Source: an uncultured Chloroflexia bacterium (lineage in GTDB: Bacteria; Chloroflexota; Limnocylindria; QHBO01). Taken from it: 64,000 nt of DNA. The stretch spans positions 1 through 64,000 of the forward strand of contig CAWHAZ010000002.1 of NCBI GenBank assembly GCA_963827475.1, given 5' to 3'. A program made the position numbers and the translations under genes. Under the pieces are notes generated by a model. That model did not search any database and was not told where the DNA came from. It was given only the letters and a program-made list of their open reading frames with translations. How positions within the stretch are numbered: the stretch's first letter is position 1; the number at the start of each line of letters is the position of its first letter. Of this stretch, positions 1 through 10,638 are shown one piece after another.

Positions 1-541
1 CCCCCGTGGCGGGGTCGAACGAGAACGCGTCGATCCGATGGGTCGCCGAGTCGATGAAGTACATCGTCCGGCCGTCCGCGCTCCAGGCCAGCCCGTTGGA
101 GATGGTCACGCCGTCCAGCACGCGGGTTGCCCGGCCGTCCGGCCCGAGGCGGTAGAGGGCACCCGCTACGGGCGACTCGTCGTAGGCGATGGTGCCCGCC
201 CAGAATCGCCCGGCAGGGTCGCACTTCCCGTCGTTGAATCGCAGGCTGGTGGAGGCCTCAGGGATCCTGGCGATGAGGACCGGCCGTCCGGACCCAACCG
301 CCCAGAAGCCGTCCTGCAGCGCGGCCACGTATCCGCCGGACGCGCGCGGGACGACTGCCCCGACGTGAGATGGCGTCGGAATCACCTCGTCGGCCCCGGT
401 GTCGACATCGGTGAGGTGGACTCGGCTGGCCAGGATGTCGACCCAGGCCAGGCGCCTCGAGCGGGCATCCCAGACCGGACCTTCGCCGAGCCGAGCACCC
501 CCGGCGAAGACGACGTCGATGCCATCGCCGCCGTCCATCAT
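1..541 (-). CDS. SMP-30/gluconolactonase/LRE family protein (3' end outside window)
   Basis: Manual translation from ATG 541: MMDGGDGIDVVFAGGARLGEGPVWDARSRRLAWVDIL, later RFNDGKCDPAGRFW; EGPVW and NDG motifs. Confidence 0.85.
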   Translation of the reverse strand, partial: MMDGGDGIDVVFAGGARLGEGPVWDARSRRLAWVDILASRVHLTDVDTGADEVIPTPSHVGAVVPRASGGYVAALQDGFWAVGSGRPVLIARIPEASTSLRFNDGKCDPAGRFWAGTIAYDESPVAGALYRLGPDGRATRVLDGVTISNGLAWSADGRTMYFIDSATHRIDAFSFDPATG

Positions 542-554
542 CGGTCCCTTCCGG

Positions 555-1371
<817 letters not shown>

Positions 1372-1388
1372 CTCCCTCTATCCTCCCG

Positions 1389-2717
1389 TCACCCTCGGCG
1401 CCGTCTGAGCCAGGAGTCGAAGCCGACGGCGGCAATCAGGACGACGCCGGCGACCATGTCCTGCTGCGCGTTGTCGACGCCGATCAGGGTCATGCCCGTT
1501 GACAGGGACTGCATGACGAGGGCCCCGAGGATGCCCCCAGCGATCGTCCCGATGCCCCCGGCGAACGACGTCCCCCCGATGACCGCGGCCGCGATGACCT
1601 GGAGCTCGGCGCCGGTGCCCAAGGCCGACGTCGCCGCGTTCAGGCGCGCAGTGACAATGACCGCGGCCACGGCGGCGAGCGCTCCCATCACGATGAAGGT
1701 CTTCATGATCGTCCAGCGCGTGTTGATACCGGCGAGGACGGCGGCTTCCGGGTTGCCACCGATGGCGTACACGTAGCGGCCGAACCGACGCCTGGACGCG
1801 ATGAACGCCATGAGGATCGCGATGCCGATCGCGATGAGCACCGGGTTCGCGATCCCGGTCGGGATGATGAGCCCGCCCGGCGGAATCGGGATCCCGTTCT
1901 CGATCGCGTACTGCTCGGCCAGGGCCTCTGGCCATGGGTAGGCGTTGGCGATGAAGACGGCAACCGCGACGAAGAGGCTGCCGACCACGCCGATCGCGGC
2001 GTCGGCCCAGATGGGCCGTACCGGGAAGCCGTACCGCCGGCGGCGGCGGCGGTTCAGGACCAGGCCGACGGCGAAGGCGACAATCGCGATGCCTCCGACC
2101 ACCCAGCTCAGGGTCGCCCCGATCGACCCCGAAGGCCCGCCGCCGAGGAGCTGGAACACGGGGTCGAGAGGAGCGATGGTCCGTCCGCTGGCCAGGGCGA
2201 AGGCAGCGCCCCGCCAGATGAGCAGCCCGCCCAGGGTCACGATGAACGACGGCACACCGATATAGGCGATGACGTATCCCTGGAGCCCGCCGATCAGAGC
2301 ACCGAGGGCGACGCCGATGATGACGACGAGGATCCAGGTCCCCGGCGCGTTCAACGGGAGGCCGAGGACGTCGGGGAGCCACTCCGCCTGGAGCAGCCCC
2401 ATGACCATCGCCGTGAAGCCGAGAACGGACCCGATCGACAGGTCGATGTTCCGGGACACGATGATCAGCACCATGCCGGTGGTCATCACCGCCACGGCGG
2501 CGGTCTGGACAGAGAGGTTCCACAGGTTGCGAGGCGTCAGGAACCGGCCGTCGGAGAGGACGTTGAAGATCACCCACAGCGCAGCCAGGGCGATGACCAT
2601 GCCGAGGAGCCGAACGTCTACCTCCAGGCTCGAGAAGGACGACCGAACGGCACGCCCGGCACCACTCCCCCGCCCGCCGGCAAGCGGTGTCTCCATCGGG
2701 CCGGCCTCGGTGGTCAT
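1389..2717 (-). CDS. Xylose-type sugar ABC transporter permease (XylH-like)
   Basis: IDLSIGS, GRYVYAIGGNPEAA, ELQVIAAAVIGGTS motifs; many TM helices. Confidence 0.9.
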   Translation of the reverse strand: MTTEAGPMETPLAGGRGSGAGRAVRSSFSSLEVDVRLLGMVIALAALWVIFNVLSDGRFLTPRNLWNLSVQTAAVAVMTTGMVLIIVSRNIDLSIGSVLGFTAMVMGLLQAEWLPDVLGLPLNAPGTWILVVIIGVALGALIGGLQGYVIAYIGVPSFIVTLGGLLIWRGAAFALASGRTIAPLDPVFQLLGGGPSGSIGATLSWVVGGIAIVAFAVGLVLNRRRRRRYGFPVRPIWADAAIGVVGSLFVAVAVFIANAYPWPEALAEQYAIENGIPIPPGGLIIPTGIANPVLIAIGIAILMAFIASRRRFGRYVYAIGGNPEAAVLAGINTRWTIMKTFIVMGALAAVAAVIVTARLNAATSALGTGAELQVIAAAVIGGTSFAGGIGTIAGGILGALVMQSLSTGMTLIGVDNAQQDMVAGVVLIAAVGFDSWLRRRRG

Positions 2718-2740
2718 AACGCCTCGACTGCTAGAAGGCT

Positions 2741-2781
2741 AAGAAAGGCGAGCGCCCCGCCCTGAGGGCGGGGCGCTCGTC
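2741..2781 (-). terminator. GC-rich hairpin between binding-protein and permease genes
   Basis: GGCGAGCGCCCCGCCC-TGA-GGGCGGGGCGCTCGTC inverted repeat followed by CTTTCTT on minus strand. Confidence 0.65.
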
Positions 2782-2798
2782 GTGTACTGACTACCGGG

Positions 2799-3869
2799 CT
2801 ACGGGCACTCGTCGACCGTTCCGGGGGGAACGTCGGCGCAGAGCTCCTCCACGGTGAGCCAATCGAGGTCGAGGGCAGCCTGGAGGTTGTCCCGCGTGAT
2901 CGGAAGCGGGTCAAGGAGCACTGCGTACCCCTCGATTCCTCCGACCGTGGTGCTCTCCACAGCCCCCTCTACAGCGGAGATGTCCGGGTTCTCGCAGAGC
3001 TGAAGGGCGGCCTCGCCGGCAGCCATGCCGAGCTCGGTCGCATCCTTCAGAACGCTCACCACCTGGGTGCCGAGCGCGACGCGGTTGATGGCGGCGATGT
3101 CGCCATCCTGGCCACCGACGGCGACCTCACCAGCGAGGCCCTGGTCGTCGAGCGCCGCAATGGCACCCCCCGCCATCCCATCGTTCTGCGCGAGAACGGC
3201 CTGAACGTCGTTGTCGTTCGCGGTCAGGATGTTCTCCATGTTCTCCTGGGCGTTGTCCGGGAGCCACTCGTCGGTGTACTCCTCGCCCACGATCGTGATG
3301 TCACCGGCGGCGATCAGAGGAGCAATGACCTCCTCCATACCCTCGCGCAGGAACAACGGGTTCGTCTGGCCTTCCTGGCCCTTGATGATCGCGTAGTTGC
3401 CGGTCGGCTGCGCCGCGGTCACGGCCTCGGCGATCATGCGGCCGACGCCGACGTTGTCGTGGGTCATGAACAGCGCATCTGCGCTCTCGAGCTCGCGGTC
3501 ATACGCGATGACGGGAATCCCCGCATCCACCGCTGCTTCGACCGACTGCAGGCTCGACTCCGGCTCAGCCGAGTTCAGGATGAGGACGTCGATACCGGCG
3601 TCCAGGAGAGCCTCGACATTCGACGCCTGGGTCTCCGCCGAGTTCGCGGCGTCATTGTCAGTGAGCTGGGCACCGGCCTCTTCGAGCGCGGCCTCGATCC
3701 CCGGCTTGTCACGGAGCCCGTAGCGCTCCTCCTGGAAGGTCGCCCATGCGACGCCGACGTGGCAGTCGCCGGACGCGCCTCCGGACGCACCTCCGTCACC
3801 GGACGGGCTACAGGCCGCCAAGATGACGACCAAGACCGTCAGGCCGACGGCCGTCCTTCGAATGGACAC
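2799..3869 (-). CDS. Sugar ABC substrate-binding lipoprotein (XylF-like)
   Basis: Lipobox LAAC; IPVIAYDR, NDGMAGG, GQDGD motifs. Confidence 0.9.
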   Translation of the reverse strand: MSIRRTAVGLTVLVVILAACSPSGDGGASGGASGDCHVGVAWATFQEERYGLRDKPGIEAALEEAGAQLTDNDAANSAETQASNVEALLDAGIDVLILNSAEPESSLQSVEAAVDAGIPVIAYDRELESADALFMTHDNVGVGRMIAEAVTAAQPTGNYAIIKGQEGQTNPLFLREGMEEVIAPLIAAGDITIVGEEYTDEWLPDNAQENMENILTANDNDVQAVLAQNDGMAGGAIAALDDQGLAGEVAVGGQDGDIAAINRVALGTQVVSVLKDATELGMAAGEAALQLCENPDISAVEGAVESTTVGGIEGYAVLLDPLPITRDNLQAALDLDWLTVEELCADVPPGTVDECP

Positions 3870-3990
3870 AGATCCTCTCCTCCTCTAACCGATGCACCAC
3901 ACATGGATGGCGGAATCGCGTTGGAAATCACACTGTAGCGGGTTGGATGGCGATCGCCAACCGGTTTTGGCTGCGTGACGGCGGACGGCT

Positions 3991-5464
3991 TCAGCCCAAG
4001 GTTGCTGCGTAGAGGGCCCGCTGGCGGGCGCGGGCCGCGCGGTAGCGAGCGACCCGCTCGGGGTCGGGCCGAACCGTCCGCGACCGCGGTCCGGAAATGG
4101 CGTCGAGATCCTCGAGCGGCCCGGATCCGCGCAGAGCCATGAGGGCGGCACCGTGCCGCGATGCCTCGAACGTCGGGGCGACGGCGACCTCCCGTTCCAG
4201 TGAGTCGGCGATCATCTGGGCGAGGATTGGCGACTGGGCCAACGCTCCGCCGGTCGCGGTTACGGTCGGAGGCTGGCCCAGCAGGGCCGACAGCCGATCG
4301 TCGACCGCGGCGAAGCCGAAGGCGATCGACTCCAGGACCGCCCGATACACGGCGGCTGGATCGGTATCCGCGTGGAGGCCCGCCAACGTTGCCCGAGCGT
4401 CGTCGTGGTACCCGAGACCTCGCTCGCCAAAGGGGTATGGCAGCACGGTCAGCCCGTGGCCGTCAGCCGGGAATCTGGGCTGCGGCGCGTTCCAGCGACC
4501 GGCGCGAGCGACCGAGCAGGCGGCTCGCCCAGTCGAGGACGCCGCCTCCCTCGCTGAGCTGTCCGCCGGCCACCGTTCCCGGGCCGAGCCGATACGCGAA
4601 CAGGCCTGGCGGGATCGGTGGATCGGGATCGGCCAGGAAGGCGCGGAGCGCGCCCGAGGTGCCGACATTGAGCGCCGCACGACCCGGGGTGGTCGCGCCC
4701 AGGCCGACGTTGCCGCAGATCCCGTCACCCCACGGCGCGAACCAGGACAGGTGCGCCAGTCGTGGCCAGCGCCGTCGCCGCGGCCGCCGACAGCCGACCC
4801 AGCGGCTCATCGTCGGCGACGATCGGGGGCAGGTCTCCGGCGTCGATGTCCAGATGTCCGAGCAGCCCGGACGACCACGTTCCCCGGGCCCGGTCGAGGA
4901 GACCTGTTCCGGATGCCATCGACCGGCTCACGGCGGCGCGCCCGGTCAGGGCCTCCGCGAGCAGTTCGGGGAACCCGGCCCAGCGCCGGATCCGGGGTTC
5001 CTCCCGCCGGAGCCGAAGCACGCGGGCCGGCCAGTAGCTCGCGTGGATCGGTACCCCGGAGACCTGATGGGCCCACTCGGCGTCGATCTGTTCCCGGAGC
5101 CTGGCTGCCTCGGCGGCGCTCGTCGAGTCAGCCCACGACAGGACGGGCGTGACCGGCCGTCCCGACCGCGTCCAGCCCGGCAATGCTGTGGAAGAAACAG
5201 GAGATCCCGCCCGCGACGACGTCCTGTGCGAACGATCCGGCGACGGTCCGAGATCTGGTCGAGGACCTGGCCGACCACGTCGAGGAGCGCCTGGTGTGGA
5301 AGCCGAACCGAGTGGTTGGGTGCCACGTTCCAGGCATAGGCAATCTGGACGGCGGTCCCCCGGATCATCCGACCCCGGCCGTCATGGATGGCAGCCCGGA
5401 CCGATGACGAACCGATGTCGATGGCCAGGACCAGGGGCGGCTCCCCTCGACGGGCGGACGTCAC
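3991..5464 (-). CDS. FGGY-family carbohydrate kinase, gluconokinase-like (several frameshifts)
   Basis: LAIDIGSSSVRA N-terminus; PVLSWAD, ASGTGL, LNVGTSGALR, YRAVLESIAF, TGGA in successive frames. Confidence 0.8.
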
Positions 5465-5480
5465 ACCCGGCGCACCGGAT

Positions 5481-6095
5481 TCAGGAACGCTCGACCTGGC
5501 GACGTCCCTGGAGGGAGCGGATGAGGGTCACGTCATCGGCGTACTCGAGGTCCCCGCCGACCGGCACGCCACGCGCGATGCGGGTCACGGCCGGGACGGA
5601 GGTGCCGAGCAGGTCGGCGAGGTACATCGCGGTCGCCTCTCCCTCGAGGGTCGGGTTGGTGGCGAGGATGACCTCCTCCAGCCCCCCGTTGCGGGCGCGG
5701 TCCACCAGCTCGCGCGCCCGGATCCGCTCCGGACCAATGCCGTCCATGGGGCTGATGGCGCCGTGGAGGACGTGGTAGCGGCCGCGGAACTCACGGGTCC
5801 GCTCGATGGCCAGCACGTCCAGCGGCTCCTCCACCACGCAGATCCGGGTCGCGTCCCGCTGCGGGTCGGCACAGATGACGCAGGGGTCGACGCCGACGTC
5901 GGTGATGTTCCAGCAGGTCGAGCAGTAGGCCACCTGCTCCTTGACCGCGATGAGCGCCTCGGCGAGCGCCCGCGCCTCATCGGTCGGGCTGCGGAGGACA
6001 TGGTAGGTCAGCCGCTGCGCGGTCTTCGGGCCGACGCCCGGGAGGCGGTTGAAGGCCTCGATCAGCCGGGCGACGGGCGCGATCAGGCCGGCCAT
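5481..6095 (-). CDS. recR: Recombination mediator RecR
   Basis: LPGVGPKTAQR, C4 zinc finger, TOPRIM ILATNPTLEGEAT, GGDLEYAD. Confidence 0.97.
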   Translation of the reverse strand: MAGLIAPVARLIEAFNRLPGVGPKTAQRLTYHVLRSPTDEARALAEALIAVKEQVAYCSTCWNITDVGVDPCVICADPQRDATRICVVEEPLDVLAIERTREFRGRYHVLHGAISPMDGIGPERIRARELVDRARNGGLEEVILATNPTLEGEATAMYLADLLGTSVPAVTRIARGVPVGGDLEYADDVTLIRSLQGRRQVERS

Positions 6096-6114
6096 GGACC
6101 GATGTCGGCAGGTG

Positions 6115-6432
6115 TCAGCGGAGGCCCGGGAAACCAGGCAGGCCCATGCCGCCGGTGACGGCCGCCATCTTGTCGGCGGCCAGCTGCTTGCTCTGAGAAA
6201 GCGCATCGGTCATCGCGGCGAAGACGAGATCCTGGAGGATCTCGACGTCGTCCGGGTCCACCGTGGCCGGGTCGATCGTGATCTCCCGCAGCTCCTGGGT
6301 GCCGGTCATCACGACCCGTACCGCTCCCCCGCCGACGGTGGCCTCCACCGTCGCGACCGCCAGCTCGGCCTGGACACGGGCCATGTTGGCCTGCATCTCC
6401 TGCGCCATCTTCGTCAGCTGACCGATGTTCAC
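6115..6432 (-). CDS. ybaB: YbaB/EbfC nucleoid-associated protein
   Basis: AQEMQ...GGGAVRV...DPDDVEILQDLV; lies between dnaX and recR. Confidence 0.95.
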   Translation of the reverse strand: MNIGQLTKMAQEMQANMARVQAELAVATVEATVGGGAVRVVMTGTQELREITIDPATVDPDDVEILQDLVFAAMTDALSQSKQLAADKMAAVTGGMGLPGFPGLR

Positions 6433-8115
6433 CTAACGCACCTCCGGCGCGTCGACCAGCTGTCCGCCGGTGATCTCGAGCGTGCGCTGGAGCAGGGCGT
6501 TGGCGTCGTCGCTCTCGCCGGGGGCGAGTGCCTGCTCGACCGTGAGCGGCTCGAGGTCGACCGAGGCGGCCACGCACTCGACGGCCCAGGAGCTGCCGAA
6601 CATCTGGCCGAGGAGGTCCTCGATGGCGCGGGAGCGCTCGACGACCCGGCCGCGGAGGAACTCGCGACCCTCGGGGAAGGCGAGGGTCAGCCGCGCGCCG
6701 TCGAGCTGGTACGGGCGGCACTCCTTGATCAGCGGCTTGACGACGGGGCTCGCTCGGTCGACGACGTCTCCCCACCGGCCGCGGATCGTCTCGAGGCTCG
6801 GTCGCTCCCCGTTCGGGACGGCCGGGATCGGCGCAGGCTCGGCCGGGGGGCTCTCGGCGGCAGTGGCAACCGGGACCTCGGCGGCGACCGGGACCTCGGC
6901 GGCGGCTCGACGGCGGCGGGCGCGCTCACAGGGGGCGCCACCGGTTCGGGGGCAGGTCGCGGAGCGCTCGGCGTCGCCTTCGGAGCCGTAGGTTTCGCTG
7001 GCTGGCGCTACCGCTCGCGCCTCCACGTGCACGGGCGCAGTGGTCGCGGGCACCGGCGAGCCGACATCGATGGCGGTCAGCTCGAGCAGCAGGCGGGCCC
7101 GGCCCTCGCGGGCGCCGGCGGTGCCGGCCTCCGACGTCGCGCGCAGGATGGCGGCCAGGCGGCGGGCGGTCGCCGGATCCGCGGCCACGGTCAACAGCCG
7201 CCGGCGTCCCTCGGTCTCGAGCTGCTGGGCGACCTGGCCAAGGTCACGTCCCGCATCGGACAGGTCCGCGATCCGCTGCAGCGCGTCGGGTGCGGCGCCG
7301 GCGACCAGCGCGTCGAGCAACCCGCCGATCGCCTCCTCGTCGGCCAGGCCGACGGCGTCGCGGACGGAGGACTCCTCCACCCGGTCGCCGGCGTAGGCCA
7401 TCACCTGGTCGAGCAGCGACTCCGCGTCGCGCATCCCGCCATCGGCCAGGCGGGCAATCAGCTCCAGCGCCTCCGGATCGGCGGCCACGCCCTCCGTGCT
7501 CGTGATGCGGGTCAGCTTGGCGGCGATGACATCGGTCGGCAGGCGACGGAAGTCATGACGCTGGGTGCGGCTGATGATGGTGGGCGGGACACGGTGGGTA
7601 TCGGTCGTGGCCAGGATGAAGACGACGTGGTCCGGGGGCTCCTCGATCAGCTTGAGCAGCGCGTTGAACGCGTGCGGGCTGAGCATGTGGACCTCGTCGA
7701 TGATGTAGACGCGCCGCCGAAGGTCGGCGGGGGCGGTGAGTGCCCGCATGACCAGGTCGCGGGCGTCGTCGACCAGGCCGTGGGACGCGGCGTCGATCTC
7801 GATGACGTCGAGCGCGCGACCGTCACGAATGGCGACGCACGCCGCACAGGTGTCGCACGGCTCGCCGTCCTCCCCCCGGTTCAGGCAGTTGATCGCCTTG
7901 GCCAGGATCCGGGCGGTCGAGGTCTTGCCGGTGCCGCGCGGACCGACGAACAGGTAGGCATGCACGATCCGGTCGGTGGCCACGGCCCGGCGGAGGGTGT
8001 TGACGATGGGGTCCTGGCCCACGACCTCGGCAAAGCGCTGTGCGCGCCAGCGGCGGTAGATGGCCCGCCGCGGATCGGCCACGGCGGGCTGGTCGGGGGT
8101 GGTGGGATCGGTCAA
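6433..8115 (-). CDS. dnaX: DNA polymerase III subunit gamma/tau (start approximate, TTG)
   Basis: YRRWRAQRF, GPRGTGKT, zinc Cys cluster, IIDEVHML, DGGMRDA. Confidence 0.95.
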   Translation of the reverse strand: MTDPTTPDQPAVADPRRAIYRRWRAQRFAEVVGQDPIVNTLRRAVATDRIVHAYLFVGPRGTGKTSTARILAKAINCLNRGEDGEPCDTCAACVAIRDGRALDVIEIDAASHGLVDDARDLVMRALTAPADLRRRVYIIDEVHMLSPHAFNALLKLIEEPPDHVVFILATTDTHRVPPTIISRTQRHDFRRLPTDVIAAKLTRITSTEGVAADPEALELIARLADGGMRDAESLLDQVMAYAGDRVEESSVRDAVGLADEEAIGGLLDALVAGAAPDALQRIADLSDAGRDLGQVAQQLETEGRRRLLTVAADPATARRLAAILRATSEAGTAGAREGRARLLLELTAIDVGSPVPATTAPVHVEARAVAPASETYGSEGDAERSATCPRTGGAPCERARRRRAAAEVPVAAEVPVATAAESPPAEPAPIPAVPNGERPSLETIRGRWGDVVDRASPVVKPLIKECRPYQLDGARLTLAFPEGREFLRGRVVERSRAIEDLLGQMFGSSWAVECVAASVDLEPLTVEQALAPGESDDANALLQRTLEITGGQLVDAPEVR

Positions 8116-8170
8116 GGCAGGCTCATCGGTACGTCGGTCTAACCCTACCGCGACTGGCGGAGGGCGGTTC

Positions 8171-8443
8171 GGCCGTGCGCCCGGCATCGGGCATCGGGCC
8201 ACCCGCCATCGTCACGGAGCCCGGCTCCAGCCAGGTCGTCCCACGGCACTCGACGGAGGACCGCTTACCGCTGCTTCCTTCCGGACCTGACGGGGTTCAC
8301 GGGCCGTCGCTGCGTGGGACCCGACTCTCAACGTCGGGCGCCGTCACGGGAGGCGGAGGTCGACGACCTCAGCCGGGATGTCAGCCCCGCTAGAGCGGAT
8401 TGCGGGTCACAGGGCACCGCTAACTCCCCGCCTGAGCACGGCC
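8171..8443 (-). ncRNA. ffs: Large (Alu-domain) bacterial SRP RNA
   Basis: Core GTCAGGTCCGGAAGGAAGCAGC; 5' GGGGAGTTAGCGGTGCCCTGTGACCCGCAATCCGCT; paired ends GCCGTGC/GCACGGC; upstream of dnaX. Confidence 0.93.
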
Positions 8444-8464
8444 GGGCCGGATGGTACCCGAAGG

Positions 8465-8552
8465 TGGCGGAGAGGGGGGGATTCGAACCCCCGACGGGTT
8501 GCCCCGAACCGCATTTCCAATGCGGCGCCATAGGCCTCTAGGCGACCTCTCC
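8465..8552 (-). tRNA. tRNA-Ser(GGA)
   Basis: Anticodon arm CCGCA-TTGGAAA-TGCGG, long variable arm, GTTCGAATC, CCA end. Confidence 0.96.
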
Positions 8553-8577
8553 ACGAGGCGCGGGAGACGGGTTCAGG

Positions 8578-8664
<87 letters not shown>

Positions 8665-8670
8665 GGCGGC

Positions 8671-9161
8671 CGAGTCTAGCAGAGGGTCAGGCTCAGGCCG
8701 GGAGCGCGGCCTCGTCCTTCAGCCGGCGCGCTTCCGCCTCGCGCACGCCGGAAATGACCGATATCTGGTGTCCCAGCTTCGGGTTGCGGGCGAGGTCCAG
8801 GACGGACCCGGCGCAGCCGCGGTCGGGGTCGGGGGTGGCGAAGACCAGGACCTCGACCCGGGCCTCGACGAGCGCGCCGACGCACATCGCGCATGGCTCG
8901 CAGGTCGCGAAGATCGTGACCTCCGACAGGCGGTGGCCCTCGAGCTTGCGGGCGGCGGCCTGCACGGTGAGCAGCACGGCATGGGCGGTCGGGTCGCTGT
9001 TCTGGAGGCGGCGGTCGTGGTCGCGACCGATCATGGCGTCGTCGAGGACGGCCACGGCGCCGATGGGACTTCCACCCTCCTCGGCGCCTCGCCGGGCCTC
9101 GGAGATGGCCTCGGCCATGAACAGCTCGTAGTTCACCGGACGGCGAGTCTAGCAGAGGGTC
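8671..9161 (-). repeat. 18-bp direct repeat CGAGTCTAGCAGAGGGTC (8671-8688, 9144-9161) flanking tadA; contains extended -10 TGnTAGACT
   Basis: Identical copies upstream of tRNA-Ser(CGA) and of tadA on the minus strand. Confidence 0.8.
8693..9136 (-). CDS. tadA: TadA-like tRNA adenosine deaminase homologue with degenerate active site
   Basis: PIGAV, DPTAHAV (normally HAE), EPCAMC, GCAGS; location among tRNA-Ser genes and ffs. Confidence 0.85.
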   Translation of the reverse strand: MNYELFMAEAISEARRGAEEGGSPIGAVAVLDDAMIGRDHDRRLQNSDPTAHAVLLTVQAAARKLEGHRLSEVTIFATCEPCAMCVGALVEARVEVLVFATPDPDRGCAGSVLDLARNPKLGHQISVISGVREAEARRLKDEAALPA

Positions 9162-9191
9162 CGGAGCGCCCTGCCGTATCCTCATTGACCG

Positions 9192-10634
9192 ATGCCGGCC
9201 TGGACGCGCCTCGACACCGTGCTGCTGGTGACGGTGACCGGGGTCGCGGCGGCGCTCCGGTTGTGGGACCTGGGACAGCCGGCCGCACTCGTCTTCGACG
9301 AGATCTTCTACGCCCAGAACGCCTGCCTGCTGGTCGCGTCGCCGGACATCTGTGGCATCACCGAGCCGGTCAGCAACGCCCATCCGCCACTCGGCCAGTG
9401 GCTCATCGCGGCCGGGATCGCGATCGTCGGCTATGACCCCTTCGGCTGGCGGCTTGCGGCGGCCGTCGTCGGGTCGTTGACCGTGGCCCTCACCTTCGTC
9501 CTGGCCCGGCTCGTGATCCAGACCGATTCGGCGCGGGCCGCAGCCATCGGTGCCGCCGTCGCGGCGGGCCTGCTCGCGGTGGACCTCCTGCACCTGGTCC
9601 AGTCGCGGGTCGCGATGCTCGACGTGTTCCTGGCGCTGTTCGTGGTCGCCGCGTTCGTGGCCGTCGTGCTCGACCTGCGCAGCACGCCGCGGCCTGGCCG
9701 CGGCATCGGTCAGTGGCTGTTCGGCCGGCCCTGGCGGCTGGTGGCGGGCGTGCTGATCGGGGCAGCGGTGGCGGTGAAGTGGAGCGGCGTGTACTCGGCC
9801 CTGGGGGTCGTGTTCCTGGTGGTGGCCTGTGAAATCGTCGCCCGCCGGCGGGCGGAGGACGGCAGCCCGCGCGGATGGGGAGCGGCGTTCGGGATGGCGC
9901 TGCGGGCGGAGGGGCTGCGGACGGCGGTGCTCCTGGGCGTGGTCCCGCTCCTCGTCTACCTGGCCACCTACATCGGGGTCGCGGAGGGTGCACTCGTGGC
10001 AGTGCCCTGGCGCGAGGGGAGCTGGCTGTACGACGTGGCCCAGCACCAGCTGGCCATGGCCCGATTCCATGTCGGGCTCGAAGGGCAGCACCCGTACGAG
10101 TCGCCCTCGTGGTCGTGGTTCCTGCTGAAGCGCCCGGTCGCGTTCTGGTTCGAGGAGAGCTCGACCTACCGGCACATCCTCTCGATGGGCAACCCCCTGG
10201 CCTGGTGGCCGGCGCTGGCGGTCCTCGGCTGGCTCGGCATCAGATGGATCCGCGGCAACCGGAGCCTGGGCGCATCGGTCATCCTCGTGGGTGCCTTGTC
10301 GGCCTACCTGCCGTGGCTCGTGCTCGGCTTTGCCCGGAGCCAGATCTTCCTGTGGTACGTGTTGCCGGCCCTGCCGTTCCTCTATGCCGCGGTCGGGATC
10401 GCCGCGGTCCGCTGGCGCGGCTGGGCGCGGGGGCTGCTCGTCATCGGCCTCGTCGGGGCGCTCGCCGGATTCGTGTTCTTCTGGCCGATCGCGACGGCTT
10501 CACCACTGGCGCCGGACGACTGGCGGCTCCGGATGTGGTTCACCGACTGCGAGCGGCCCGGCGCGGAGACCCTGGAGCTCCCCGACGACACGATCAACAC
10601 CGGTCCCCCGCCCGACGGGTGGTGCTGGATCTGA
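9192..10634 (+). CDS. Polyprenol-phosphate-mannose protein O-mannosyltransferase (PMT/GT39-like)
   Basis: VFDEIFY, HPPLG, SRVAMLD, KWSG, HPYES, GNPLAWW motifs. Confidence 0.88.
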   Translation: MPAWTRLDTVLLVTVTGVAAALRLWDLGQPAALVFDEIFYAQNACLLVASPDICGITEPVSNAHPPLGQWLIAAGIAIVGYDPFGWRLAAAVVGSLTVALTFVLARLVIQTDSARAAAIGAAVAAGLLAVDLLHLVQSRVAMLDVFLALFVVAAFVAVVLDLRSTPRPGRGIGQWLFGRPWRLVAGVLIGAAVAVKWSGVYSALGVVFLVVACEIVARRRAEDGSPRGWGAAFGMALRAEGLRTAVLLGVVPLLVYLATYIGVAEGALVAVPWREGSWLYDVAQHQLAMARFHVGLEGQHPYESPSWSWFLLKRPVAFWFEESSTYRHILSMGNPLAWWPALAVLGWLGIRWIRGNRSLGASVILVGALSAYLPWLVLGFARSQIFLWYVLPALPFLYAAVGIAAVRWRGWARGLLVIGLVGALAGFVFFWPIATASPLAPDDWRLRMWFTDCERPGAETLELPDDTINTGPPPDGWCWI

Positions 10635-10638
10635 TCGT

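Noticed and set aside
3890-3975. Operator or riboswitch upstream of the sugar-binding protein
   Set aside because: Only weak imperfect palindromes (CCAACCGGTTTTGG); no recognisable motif.
6433-8115. Programmed dnaX gamma/tau frameshift
   Set aside because: No A-run slippery site seen; the odd stretch near 6900-7000 looks like compensating indels in a Pro/Ala linker with a short AEVPVA duplication.
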